A stretch of DNA of 64,000 bases from Octopus bimaculoides (Eukaryota), in NCBI RefSeq assembly GCF_001194135.2, contig NC_068983.1, forward strand, positions 164,324,279 through 164,388,278. The letters are read 5' to 3'. Both the position numbers and the translations under genes were made by a program. Below the pieces are notes generated by a model, which was not told the origin of the DNA, made no database searches, and saw only the letters and a list, made by a program, of their open reading frames with translations. Every line of letters begins with the position of its first letter. Position 1 is the stretch's first letter. Below are positions 15,201 through 29,328 of the stretch, one piece after another.

Positions 15201-16864
15201 TGATGGTCATAAATGGACATCTCCCTTATATGAGTGATGTTATTCATTTCCAGTCTTTCCAGGACAAACATATCTCGCTATGGAGAAACAAGTGAGTGAC
15301 AGGAAAGGCATCCAGCCATAGAAAATCTGCCACAACAAATTCAGTCTGATTCATTCTAGCAAGGTACATCAAAATGATGATGATGATGATAACGATGATG
15401 GTGGTGGTGGGGGGGGGGCTGATGATGAAAGGTAAAGAGACTGAAATTGTGACTAGAAGTGGTGAATAGATTAAAGGTAATCCTGAACAGGTACGTGATG
15501 ACATGGAATAAGAGTAAATAAACAAAACCTGATTACCATTCTATCAGTCACAGTTTCAGTTTGTTTGAACAAAATAAGTCAGCTGTCAACTGATTAAAGA
15601 TTGCGTTTAATCACATCAATCATATTCAGTTAAGAATAGGATCACTTCACCACCAAGGAGGAGGTCGTTCATTTTTTGTCACTAGAAATACTCTCTACCA
15701 GCTCTCCTTCAGGTTTCTTCTTCTTTTCCTTCTTTCTCTCTTTCATTTTATTCTTCTTCTTCTTTTCCTTCTTCTTCCTCTCCTTCTTCTTCTTCCTTTT
15801 CTCCTCCTTCTTCCTCTCCTTCTTCTTCTTCTTCTTCTTCTTCTTTTTCTCCTCCTCCTCCTCCACCTCCTCCTCCTCCTCCTCCTCCTTCTTTCATTTA
15901 TTATTTTTGATACTGATACAGTTATAAGTAACACCCCAAACAACCACCATCACCACAACCACCACCACCATCATCACTGGCTGCTAAGACCATTACCACC
16001 ACCAATTTCACTACTGCCAGTGCAACACCACCTCCACCACCACCACCACCCTCCATAACGGTTTCTCCTCTGTTACCTTAATAACACACATCATTTCATC
16101 TTTGTTTTTCCAATATCCACAATGTCAGATGGCTTCATGATTCCCATCTTTTCTCTCAGCATCCGTGCCACAGTTAAGCGCTATTTATTGCCATCATGCA
16201 ATATCACTTCTTATCATTCTTGGTGGCATAAATAGCAATGCCAAGCTGTCTAGCTACGTGTACACACACACACTTGCAAATATATGGCTCTATGTGTGTG
16301 TCAGGGCTCAAGGTAGCAGCGACTCAGACAATCACCTGGAGTGCCATGCACGAGGGGGGGGGGTCACCTGGGAGGGTGTGACANNNNNNNNNNGTGCATG
16401 TGTGTGTGAGTGCGTGTGTGTGTGTGCGTACACGTGTTTGTGTGTGCGTGTGTGTAAGTGTGCGCATGTTTGTGTGTGTGTTTGCTTGTGTGTGTGTGTA
16501 TGTGTGTGCATGTTTGTGTGTGTGCATGTGTGTATGTTTGTGTGTGCGTGTGCGTGCATGCGTGTGTGTGTACGTGCTTGTGTGTGTGTGCGTGTTTGTG
16601 TGTGTGTGTGTGTGCATGTTTGTGTGTGTGTGTATGTGTGTGTGTGTTTTGTGCTTGTATTTTTCCCCAATACCCACTTGATAACCGGTGGTGGTGTGTT
16701 TACATCCCAATGATTATTGGGGTAGATTCATTTGACTAAAACGTCTTTAAGGCATTGCCCCAGTATGGCTGCAGTCTAATGACTGAAAGAAGTTAAAGGT
16801 AAGAAGAAAAAGGTGAGTCTGGCTATGGGGGACATATTTCTGTTCCAAAGGGCCTCTCGCTCAG

Positions 16865-17462
16865 AGTAAAAGGCAGCTGTCTTACCAGAAATATGGCATC
16901 AGTAGTGCTTTTCCCTTGCACAAATCCAAACTGCATCTCATCTAAGCTGACTCTTTCCCTAATTAGTTAGGCTATGACCTTCTCCATGACCTTCATTACC
17001 TGATCCAACAACTTGATACCTCTGTAATTATTTGTATCTAAAGCGTCACCTTTACCTTTGTAGCAGTTGACTATGGTGCTCCCACACCAGGCATTGGGTA
17101 TGACTCCTTCGTGTATCACCTGGTTAACTATATGGGTGATTAGGCTATAGCCAACGCTGCCAGATATTTTGAGCATCTCTGCAGTGATTCCTAATGGGCC
17201 GGGGGCTTTCTCTGTCCTCATACTCTTGATCACTTTATCTACCAAACTACTGTTAATGAGGATAGCTTGTCCCTCTGTTGGGTCGACATACAGCAGACTC
17301 TCTTTCTCCCATTCATTCTCTTTATTAAGCAGCCTTTCATAGTGGCGTCTCCAAACCTCTCTCTTTGCAGCCTCGTTTAGTGCAAGTGAGCCATCATCCA
17401 TGCAGACACATTTCTCTCCTACGACATCACAATTCTCTCCTCCGACATCACAATTCTCTCTC
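16865..17462 (-). mobile_element. RTE-clade LINE reverse-transcriptase fragment
   Basis: KREVWRRHYERLLN...KAPGPLGITAEMLK...CYKGKGDALDTNNYRGIKLLDQVMKVMEKVIA, continuing after the stop as LIRERVSLDEMQFGFVQGKSTTDAIFLVRQL. Confidence 0.9.
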
Positions 17463-17720
17463 ACACACTGTCTAATAATAATAATAGCAATTATAGCAGT
17501 TTCAAATTATGCCACATGGGTAACAAGTTCAGGGAAGGGACCAATTCAGCTATGTCAACCCTGGTGTTCAACTGGTATTTATTTTATCAATCCCCCCAAA
17601 GGACGAAAAGTGAAATTGACCTGGATGAAATTTGAACTCAGAATGTAAAGGTGGACGAAATACCGCTCAGCCTTTTGCCTGGTGTGCTAACGATTCCGCC
17701 AGCTCGCCAATAACAACAAC

Positions 17721-17762
<42 letters not shown>

Positions 17763-18848
17763 GATAATGATAATGATAATGATAATGATGATAATGATAA
17801 TAAATTTTGATTAGAGTCAAAAATGTGATATGTTTAGGGAAGAGAAATGCTTTGGTATGGAAATGTCTTCCCAAAGACATTAAGCTGCTGTTTATTGGAA
17901 ACGGTGCAAATGGGAAATGGAAGAGCATTGGCTCAGCAGGGTCTTATTTCCTGCTCTGTTACGTTCACCGTTCACAGCAATAATGATAGCAACAGTGGTG
18001 GTGGTGGTGGTGGTNNNNNNNNNNNNNNNNNNNNNNNNNNNNNNNNNNNNNNNNNNNNNNNNNNNNNNNNNNNNNNNNNNNNNNNNNNNNNNNNNNNNNN
18101 NNNNNNNNNNNNNNNNNNNNNNNNNNNNNNNNNNNNNNNNNNNNNNNNNNNNNNNNNNNNNNNNNNNNNNNNNNNNNNNNNNNNNNNNNNNNNNNNNNNN
18201 NNNNNNNNNNNNNNNNNNNNNNNNNNNNNNNNNNNNNNNNNNNNNNNNNNNNNNNNNNNNNNNNNNNNNNNNNNNNNNNNNNNNNNNNNNNNNNNNNNNN
18301 NNNNNNNNNNNNNNNNNNNNNNNNNNNNNNNNNNNNNNNNNNNNNNNNNNNNNNNNNNNNNNNNNNNNNNNNNNNNNNNNNNNNNNNNNNNNNNNNNNNN
18401 NNNNNNNNNNNNNNNNNNNNNNNNNNNNNNNNNNNNNNTGGTGGTGGTGGTGGTGGTGGTGGTAATGGTGTGGTGGAGGCGTGTGGTGGTGATGCTGATG
18501 CTGATGGTTTTGGCGATAGTGGTAGTGGGGACAGGAGCTGAGGTGGTGGTGGTAGTGGTGGTCGTATATGACTGTGCATGGTGGTAGTGTAGATGTTGTT
18601 GCTGTTGTTGTTGTCGGTAGTGGGTGGTGAGTGGTGGTAGTGATTATGGTGATGGTGGTGGTGTGTGGTGGTTATGCTGATGATGATGGTTGTGGCGATA
18701 GTGGTAGTGGGGACAGGAGCGGAGGTGGTGGTGGTAGTGGTGGTGGTGGTGTTCGAGGTGATGCTGATGGTAGTGGTGATGGTGGGTGGTGACAGTGGTG
18801 GTGGTGCTGTCTGTAGTGGTAGTAGCAACAGCGTTAAGGAATAGTGAT

Positions 18849-18890
<42 letters not shown>

Positions 18891-19087
18891 TAGTAGTTAA
18901 TGGACACATGTGAACACTGCATTGTGGTCATTAATCATTGCGCAGGTGAGACAAATGGTTGGTGTTTATTGCTCAGGTGAGCTTTTGCATCACATCTAAC
19001 CAACAGCAGGTGAATATCACCATGTTACCAACAGCTATCAGTAAACGATGCTGTCTTCAAGCTGTAATTTACACAGACAAATATAAG

Positions 19088-19120
<33 letters not shown>

Positions 19121-19151
19121 AATAATGATAATAGTAATGATAATAATAATA

Positions 19152-19216
<65 letters not shown>

Positions 19217-19922
19217 CATAAGATTCCTGTAATTGTGATTAATTTAGCCTTCTCACTGTTATAGTTAAAAAATTCAAATCAAATTAGGAAAAATCTAAAT
19301 AAAATCAAAATATAATACCAATAATTTTTAAATAAAATTTTGTGGAAAATTCATTTTATTTATGTGATATATTTATTTTTGTTTTCTTGTTTTGCAAATT
19401 TTATTTCTGAAATTTTATGAAATGAAAATAAATTGGAGAAGAACACCCAGTGCCAAAAGAAGGGGAAAGATTAAAAGGAGGGAATGGCACTAGAAAAAAT
19501 CTCAATAGAGTTTTGGCATCTTTGGTGAAAGGAGAATCATGGGTAAAAGATTCGTTTGTTTGTTTGTTTTTGTTTTTTGTCTTTTGTTTTATTTCTATTC
19601 TGGCAAACATTGAGTGATTGTTTCGTAAAAGAAGGGACATTGTGTTTCTCAGCTCAGCAACAACAGTTTATTTTGCCAAGATTTTATTAGTTGTACAATA
19701 TCAATATTAATGAGAGCTGGTGCGATTTAGATTCGTTAATGGAGTGTTGATTAAACGATATGATGAATACATGTACGTACGTATGTACGTACGTCTGTAT
19801 GTGTGTAAATATGTGTATGTGCGTGTGTATGTGTATGTGTGTGTATATGCTTGGATGCATGTGTGTATGTGTATATAAGTATATGATTGCCACACATGTA
19901 TTCATATATATACATATAGAAG

Positions 19923-19970
<48 letters not shown>

Positions 19971-21231
19971 NNNNNNNNNNNNNNNNNNNNNNNNNNNNNN
20001 NNNNNNNNNNNNNNNNNNNNNNNNNNNNNNNNNNNNNNNNNNNNNNNNNNNNNNNNNNNNNNNNNNNNNNNNNNNNNNNNNNNNNNNNNNNNNNNNNNNN
20101 NNNNNNNNNNNNNNNNNNNNNNNNNNNNNNNNNNNNNNNNNNNNNNNNNNNNNNNNNNNNNNNNNNNNNNNNNNNNNNNNNNNNNNNNNNNNNNNNNNNN
20201 NNNNNNNNNNNNNNNNNNNNNNNNNNNNNNNNNNNNNNNNNNNNNNNNNNNNNNNNNNNNNNNNNNNNNNNNNNNNNNNNNNNNNNNNNNNNNNNNNNNN
20301 NNNNNNNNNNNNNNNNNNNNNNNNNNNNNNNNNNNNNNNNNNNNNNNNATATATATATACATACATACATACATACATATATATATATATAAATATGTAT
20401 GTATGTATGTGTATATATATACATGCATACACATATTCATATTATTACATCAATTTTACATTAAGGCAATACACATGCAGGCACACACATGAATACATGC
20501 ACACACACACATACACACATGCACGGACATGTGCACACACACACACCTGCACATATTTATTACCATCATCGTTTAGCATCTCCCTCCAATGTTAGCATGG
20601 GTCGGATGGTTTGACAGCAACAAATAAACCAGAAGATCATGCTGAGCCCCAGGGTGTATTTTGGCAATGGTTTCTACCACTGGATACCCTTCCTAATTCC
20701 AAACCAATTTACAGAGTGTGCTGGGTGCATCGTTTGCCCATTGGTGCAAGTGAGGTCACCTAGTAACTGCAAGACAAAACCCATCAACTAAGAGGTGAAG
20801 TATCACACTGAGGGATGTGAAAGTCTGACAGAGTGATACACACACACACAGGTCACTTGCTGAAAAGGAGACACATGACTTTCCTGGCAGGAAAGAGAGA
20901 GAGAGAAAGAATGAAAGAGGGAGAGAGAGAGAGAGAGAAATGAAGGGGGCATATCCTCAAGGCCCCAGGTGAATATCAGAGAGAGAATAGGGGTCAAAGC
21001 AATGGTGCATTATCTTATATATAGCCGTTTATCCTTAGCTTGGTAGGATCTGTAAGGTTCTAGATATGTTGCAGGCAAGGGTATGTGGTTGAGAGGCTCG
21101 CTTGGCAACCAAGTGGTGTCAGGTTCAATCCCAGTTGTGTGGCACCTTGGACAAATGTCTTCTGCTATAACCCTGGGCTGACCAAAGCCTTGTGAGGGGA
21201 TTTAGCAGATGGGAACTGTGTTGAAGTCCAT

Positions 21232-21262
<31 letters not shown>

Positions 21263-21638
21263 GTATGTATGAATGTATATCTATCTATCTCTCTATTTAT
21301 CTATCTATCTACATATATATATATATAGATATATATATATATCATTATCATCATCATCATCATTATCATCATCATCATCATCATTTAACGTCTGTTTTCC
21401 ATGCAGGCATGGGTTGGACGGTTTAACCTGGGCTGGTAAGCAGGAACACTGCCCCAGACTCCAGTCTGTTTTGGCATGGTTTCTATGACTGGATGCCCTT
21501 CCTAATGGGTGCTTTTAAGTGCTGCTGGCATGGGTGCCATTTGTGTGACAATGGTATCTGCCACAACTGTGGCTTCACTTGACTTGATGGGTCTTCTTCT
21601 CAAGCAAGGCATAATGCCAAAAAAAATATGTGTGTATA

Positions 21639-21934
21639 TCTATAATACATATTGAACATGGGCAACCGTTGTATACTTTCTTGTCTCAAGGTTCACGGCC
21701 AAACGGCTGGATGGATTCGCGTGAAAAATGGCATTCATGTGGAGACAGGTGCATAGATTGGAACGCGAGGGGGTGCAAATTACTTCCTGGAAAGTTCCGA
21801 GCAGAGGGAAATTACTTCCTGGAAAGTTCCAAGCAGAGGCAAATTACTTCCTGGAAAGTTCCGAGGGGAGGGGCGAATTACTTCCTGGAAAGTTCCGAGG
21901 GGAGGGGCGAATTACTTCCTGGAAAGTTCCGAGG
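21639..21934 (+). mobile_element. possible non-autonomous Helitron 5' end containing a minisatellite
   Basis: a|TC start, then TCACGGCCAAACGGCTGGATGGATTCGCGTGAAAAATGGCAT, resembling animal HelitronN 5' regions. The 3' end is lost in the gap. Confidence 0.4.
21777..21934 (+). repeat. 32-34 bp minisatellite, at least 5 units, running into an N gap of about 755 bp
   Basis: Invariant core AATTACTTCCTGGAAAGTTCC in all units, with a G-rich linker (GAGCAGAGGG to GAGGGGAGGGGC). Confidence 0.95.
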
Positions 21935-23769
21935 NNNNNNNNNNNNNNNNNNNNNNNNNNNNNNNNNNNNNNNNNNNNNNNNNNNNNNNNNNNNNNNNNN
22001 NNNNNNNNNNNNNNNNNNNNNNNNNNNNNNNNNNNNNNNNNNNNNNNNNNNNNNNNNNNNNNNNNNNNNNNNNNNNNNNNNNNNNNNNNNNNNNNNNNNN
22101 NNNNNNNNNNNNNNNNNNNNNNNNNNNNNNNNNNNNNNNNNNNNNNNNNNNNNNNNNNNNNNNNNNNNNNNNNNNNNNNNNNNNNNNNNNNNNNNNNNNN
22201 NNNNNNNNNNNNNNNNNNNNNNNNNNNNNNNNNNNNNNNNNNNNNNNNNNNNNNNNNNNNNNNNNNNNNNNNNNNNNNNNNNNNNNNNNNNNNNNNNNNN
22301 NNNNNNNNNNNNNNNNNNNNNNNNNNNNNNNNNNNNNNNNNNNNNNNNNNNNNNNNNNNNNNNNNNNNNNNNNNNNNNNNNNNNNNNNNNNNNNNNNNNN
22401 NNNNNNNNNNNNNNNNNNNNNNNNNNNNNNNNNNNNNNNNNNNNNNNNNNNNNNNNNNNNNNNNNNNNNNNNNNNNNNNNNNNNNNNNNNNNNNNNNNNN
22501 NNNNNNNNNNNNNNNNNNNNNNNNNNNNNNNNNNNNNNNNNNNNNNNNNNNNNNNNNNNNNNNNNNNNNNNNNNNNNNNNNNNNNNNNNNNNNNNNNNNN
22601 NNNNNNNNNNNNNNNNNNNNNNNNNNNNNNNNNNNNNNNNNNNNNNNNNNNNNNNNNNNNNNNNNNNNNNNNNNNNNNNNNNNNNNNNNCCACACAGCCA
22701 TGCTTGCCCCTATTATATAATTGTTATTTCAAAACTTTTCCTCTTCACACATTTCCATCGTTTTGAGTTGCTTTTTCCTTTTTTTTGAGATTTTTTCTTT
22801 GTTTTTCTTTCAACAGTTTCTGAAATCTCTTCTGCAACCAATATTTTTCCAATGACCATGGTGTGGGATGGTGCCATGGTGTGGAGTAGGGCTACTGAAT
22901 TGCTACTGTTAGGGCAGGGATGGGTAAAGTGTCTGCTCATTTGCATTATGATATTTAGACATAAAGCAATTCTTCCTGCCATTCTCCAGAGTTCTGGTCG
23001 AAGGTGTTGCGGAAACTGGGGGTTGCTGCACGTTTTGCTGTCTCTGTTTGGCCCTTATTAGATTAGTTTTCTTGCTTTTGCCAATTTTTTCTTGGAACTG
23101 TGTCTAAAAATTCTGTTTGTCCCATTTGGTGTTTAACCAAAGCAAGGTTTACATCAATACAGCTCCGACGAGAGCAATATAAAGTAAAAGCTACCATTGC
23201 TCATTGTTGTTGTTCTTACTCTTGCTGTCTTGAAAACTACCCATTAGGCTGTTGTATTTTCACTTATATTTTTTTTACTCTTTTTACTTGTTTCAGCCAT
23301 TTGACTGCTGCCATGCTGGAGCACCACCTTAAAGGATGTTAGTAGAGCAAATCAACCCCAGGACTTATTCTTTGTAAGCCTAGTACTTATTTTATCAGTC
23401 TCTTTTTTGCTCAACTGCTAAGTTATGGGGACATAAGCACACCAACATCAGTTTTCAAGTGATGGTGGGGGGGACAAACACAAGCACACACACACACACA
23501 CAAATATATACATATACACATAAAAAACATAACTAGCGGATAAAATTATTAAAGTTAATGAATTTTATCAGTGGCCAACAGGTAAAAACCTTTTAGGCAA
23601 AATACATTTATAGAGAAATATAATTGTATGGGGCACAATTATACTTCAGGGCACAAAAGCCTTTGTGCCCTTAAGTATAGTTGTACCCTATACAATCATA
23701 TTTCAGTCTGTCTGTCTGTCTGTCAGTCTGTCAGTCTGTCCTTCTCTCTCTCTCTTTATATATATATAT

Positions 23770-23819
<50 letters not shown>

Positions 23820-23989
23820 CAGGCTTCTTCCAGTTTCCAACCACCAAATCCACGCACAAGGCTTTGGTTAGCCCAAGGCTATAGTAGAAGACACTTGCCC
23901 AAGGTGCCATGCAGTGGGAAAGAACCCAGAACCATGTGGTTGGGAAGCAAGCTTCTTACCACATATCCGGCCATAATCATTTATTTAAA

Positions 23990-24690
23990 TATTAAAATAA
24001 GAATTCCTTCTACTACAGGTACACGGTTTAAAATGTTTGAGGGGAGGGGTTAAGTCAGTAACATCAAACCCAGCCCTCAACTGGTGATTATTTTATCAAC
24101 TGCGAAGGGAGTTTGGTGGGATTTGAACCCAGAATATAAAGAGTTACAAAAAAATGTTGCAAGGCATTTTGTCTGATGCTCTAACAACCCTGCCAGCACT
24201 CTGCCTTAAGTATTTAATTAATAATTATTTCTACTCTTAGGAACAAGGCCTTGAAAAGTTTGGGGGAAGGGAGCTAGTCGATTATATCAACCCCAGTGCG
24301 TAACTGGTACTTATTTAATCGACCCCGAACAGATGAAAGGCAAAGTCGCCCTCGATGGAATTTGAACTCAGAACGTAGCTGCAGACGAAATACCACTACA
24401 CATTTCACCCAACGTGCTAATGATTCTGCCAGCACTCTGCTTTAAGTATTTAAGTCATAATTCTTTTTACCATAGGTACAAGGCCTGAAATTTGGCAGGG
24501 TGGGGACTAGTCAATTACATTGACCCCAGTGTTTCACTGGTACTTATTTTATCCACCCCGAAAGGATAAAAGCCGAAGTTGACCTTGGTGGAATTTGAAC
24601 TCAGAACATTTCGGCAGATGAAATGCTGCTAGGCATTTCACCCAGCATGCTAACGATTCTGCCAACTTGCAGACTTAAGTATTTAAGTAA
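23990..24690 (-). mobile_element. three head-to-tail family A SINE copies
   Basis: Repeated AAGGC..GAAATTT..GGGG..CCCCAG..AACTGGTACTTATTT..GAATTTGAAC(T/C)CAGAA..GATTCTGCCAGC blocks. Confidence 0.8.
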
Positions 24691-24871
24691 TTCTGTTAGG
24701 ATGATATGAAACTTTAGCAAATGGACAAACAGAGAGGAACATTATAAGTCTGACTTAATTTCTTGGGCCAAAATTTTAAAGTAGTGTATTTAATTATCGA
24801 TTGAGCAATACAAAGTGATTCTGCCAAGCTATGGGCTTTCAGCTCCTAATGAACTTTTAGAATTGAAGAGA

Positions 24872-24953
<82 letters not shown>

Positions 24954-25901
24954 AGAATTATACTTTGAGTGGCTGGCGTTAGGATGGGCATCCAGCTGTA
25001 GTAGAAACTCTGCAAGATCAGATTGGAGCCTTGGTGCAGCTTTCTGGTTTGCCAGTCCTCAGTCAAATCGTCCAAGGCGGACATTAAACAATGATGATGA
25101 TGACCTTGAGACGATAAAAAGCAAAATTGACTTCAGCAGGATTTGAACCCCAATGTAAAGAAAACTGGAATGCTTACTACAAAACAGTTTTTCCAATACT
25201 TTAATGACTGTCAACTGACTGTGTTGAAAGTAATTCTATTGTAGACGAGAACTGAACTAAAAATCTGAGGAATCATATTGACTTACGATCATGTTGTATT
25301 AAAAGTATTATCGTAATTAAGGAATGTGACAATCATCCCATTTGTAATTAACGCAAATGGAATGATGCAGAAACCCTCTCCCCCTATAATGAGCTGACAG
25401 ATTACCTATGAAGATAAACTTAGACACATTCCAGAACACAACAGTACCCAGGTTTGTTGGGTAGGGTGGGGTGTGGGGTTTTTATAACATCAAACAGGTT
25501 TCAACATGCTTTTTACAATCTGTTTAATTCCTTTTGATACAAGAAAGGAGACTCTTGGTGTAATTCTGAAGTCATTGGATATAATAATGCTAAAATAATA
25601 CTTACTTAATAATAACAACAACAACAATAATAATAATGGTTTCGAATTTTGGCACAAAACCAGCAATTTTGGAGTGCAAATCAATTACTTTGGCCCTAGG
25701 ACTCAACTGTTTCTTTTTTTATCAAATCGACCTCGATAGGATGAAAGGCAAAATTAATCTCAGTGGAATTTGAACTCAGGCTAAAAGAAATGCTGCTTAG
25801 CAATTTACCCGACATGCCAATGATTCTGCCAGTTCACTGCCTTAATGATAATAATAATAATAATATTGATAATAATAATAATGATAATAATAATAATAAT
25901 G

Positions 25902-25932
<31 letters not shown>

Positions 25933-26180
25933 TAATAATAATAATAATAATAGTAATGGTTTGAAATTTTGCCACAAAGGCAGCAATTTTGCGGGGAGAG
26001 AATGAGTTGATTACATTGACCCCAGTGTTCAACTGGTATTTAATTTATTGACCCCGAAAGGATGAAAGGCGAAGTTGGCCTTGGCAGAATTTGAACTCAC
26101 AATGTAGGGACAGGTGAAATACCGCTAAGTATTTCGTCCAGCGTGCTAACATCTCTGCCAGCTCACTGCCTTTCACTGCC

Positions 26181-26290
<110 letters not shown>

Positions 26291-26297
26291 CCTTTCT

Positions 26298-26723
26298 TGT
26301 GAAGGCACATGGCTCAGTGGTTAGAGCGTTGAGCTTAAGATCGTGAGGTTGTGTGTTCAAATCCTGGACTGGGCTGCATGTTGTGTTCTTGAGCAAGACA
26401 CTTTATATCACGTTGCTCCAGTTCACTCAGCTGTAGAAATGAGTTGCAGCATCACTGGTGCCAAGCTGTATCCTTCCCTTTGCCTTTCCCTTGGGTAAAA
26501 TCAGTGGTGTGGAGAGGGAAGGCTGGTATGCATGGGTGACTGCTGGTCTTCCATAAAACAACCTGTGACACCGCAACTCATTTCTACAGCTGAGTGAAAC
26601 TGGAGCAACGTGAAATAAAGTGTCTTGCTCAAGAACACAACATGCAGCCCGGTCCGAGAATTGAACTCACGACCTCATGATCATAAGCTCGATGCTCTAA
26701 CCATTGAGCCATGCACCTTCACA
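26298..26723. repeat. tail-to-tail inverted pair of a tRNA-derived SINE (family D-related)
   Basis: 26298-26447 is the reverse complement of 26573-26723 at about 88% identity, with a spacer of about 125 bp. Confidence 0.9.
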
Positions 26724-27772
26724 GGGACCACTATTCTTTAACAAATAAATTATTCTTATTTTCTTAGATTGCCTTAGCCATAGAACAACGGGCCATGTCA
26801 CTGACTTTTCTCAAGGCCCCTGAGACTGTTGACAAGAAAGGAGAAAGTTATTCATAAGTCTTGGAGTAACTGAATACTCTCTGTTACCCTAAAATATCCT
26901 TAATAGAGGGTATCTGCAAAAGGTACCTAAGGGCCAGGTGGCTGCATGAAAACAGGCAAAGGGATAACTCCACCCGCTACTCCTGTGCAGGTGGCACATA
27001 AAAAGGACACCATTTTGAACGTGGCTGTTGCCAGTACCGCCAGACTGGCTCTCGTGCTGGTGGCATGTAAAAAGCACCCACTACACTCTCGGAGTGATTG
27101 GCATTAGGAAGGGCATCCAGCTGTAGAAACTCTGCCAGATCAGATTGGAGCCTGGTGTAGCCATCTGGTTCACCAGTCCTCAGTCAAATCGTCCAACCCA
27201 TGCCAGCATGGAAAGCGGACGTTAATGATGATGATGATGATGATGATGATGTGTATTCCTCCTTTTCTCTTTTTTTTTTTTAACAAATAAACATTTTGAA
27301 CTTTGTTTTTCTTGGTTATTTAATGAGATTTCTGCAGCAACAGAGATTTTCTCTTTCACTGTAGAATGTCATGGGTTATGTTTTTTTATTGGCAGTTTTT
27401 AAGTGGCGCAACTCTCAGAAGCTCTGACTTTAAGTTAAAGAGCTTCAGTCTTGTCATAAATACCACAATTGATTTTGGTGCTTCTGACCTCCTTTCCATT
27501 CTTTTCTGCTTCATAAGTTAATTAGTGACCTCACTAGTGTTAGGTGAAGTATACTCAGTAAACTCTGTAGAGTGGTTGGCATTAGGAAGGGCCCCCAGTC
27601 ATAGAAACCCTGCCAGGGTTTGGTGCGGGCCTGCACCTCACTGGATCCTATCAAACTGTCAAATGTATGCCAGCATGGAAAATAAATGTTAAATGATGAC
27701 GATGATGATGGTGGTGATGACGGTGAAGATGATGATGATGATGATGATGGTGATGATAGATGTTGATGGTGG

Positions 27773-27803
<31 letters not shown>

Positions 27804-27955
27804 AACGCTGGCTATGTGAACAGAACTCTTGCAATATCATTAAGTTTAAAAATAGACATTGTTGCACAGAGTCAGAATCCCTGCAAGCAACAATAAACAG
27901 TTATGTCAATCAATTCTAACTAAACGTGAATAAGCATCAATGACACGAGCTTGAG

Positions 27956-28002
<47 letters not shown>

Positions 28003-29226
28003 ATACATACACACACATCACACACACACTTGTGCCTGCACATACATGCTCACTCATGCTCACCCACACAAATACAAACACACATGCACACACACACACA
28101 CACACACACACAGCTGAGTGACAGCACAGCAGTTTTCTATTCAAACTCCCCCCCCCCCCTCCATTATGGAGATCATTAAATATAAGTGAACAAGGCCCAC
28201 AATGAAAGTTGCGCATTTCTCTTTTACAAAAACTAAAAAGAAAAAAATCATTATTTTCGCTTGTATTCATCCTCATCTCAGACATGACTAACGACATACA
28301 TCACTCTGTGTTCTGCCACAGTAATTGGTTTTTAGATTACACAGTTTTTTTTAAAAATAATTCTTTCATATATTAAATTATTCAGTTTATTATATTTATT
28401 TATTTATTATAATCATTTTTAATGTTGTTGTTTTGGTTAATGGCAAGTACTTAATGGCCGCTGTATTTGGCAATAAACAGTAGCTGGATACAATTGCTAC
28501 TAATAACAATTGTTGCTACCAACCACCCAACCAACCAGCTAACCAACCAGTTAACCAACTGACTGACTGACCAACCAGCTTATTCAATACCTGAAAGGTA
28601 AGTATTATAGGTAACTTCCCATAGAGGTTTGTAGCATTCATTAATAATTGCCTCATATAAAAGGAGGGGAGTGGCAGAGACAATGGAGAATTGAAATCAA
28701 TACTTATAGATTTAGTCTCAAGGGTTTTAAGTTCAAATCTTATTCATGTTTTTTCCCCTTTTGAAGCAGAATATAATCAGTCTCAGTTTTTGTCCCTTTT
28801 CTATAAAGTTTTGGTCACCTGACCATGGAAAAAAAAGCACAAATTAGTTTTTCCATAAACCTCAATGTAGTTACACACTTTGTCTGAAATAGCAGCCAAA
28901 TCACCTAGATATCGTTTTGTACTGTCTTAACATAAGAAGGTCACATTGGAAAGGGTATTTGCGAGTACATTTTTCTTAGAAAAGAAGTAAGGTTGGTTCC
29001 AGCTGGGAATCTCTTCAATTATAGGTGCAGGTATGGCATGCATACAGGTGTAGGTGTGTGGTTAAAAGATTTAGTTTCCAACCACATGATTTCAGGTTCA
29101 ATCCCACTGTACTGTACTTTGGAGGAATATCTTTTCATATAGCTGCGGGCTGACCAAAGCCTTGTAAACGGATTTGGTAGATGAAAATTGAAAGAAGCCC
29201 ATCATATCTATCTATCTATCTATCTA

Positions 29227-29328
<102 letters not shown>

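Noticed and set aside
21777-21934. CRISPR-like repeat/spacer appearance
   Set aside because: The linkers are only 11-13 nt and nearly identical rather than unique spacers; there are no cas genes and the context is eukaryotic.
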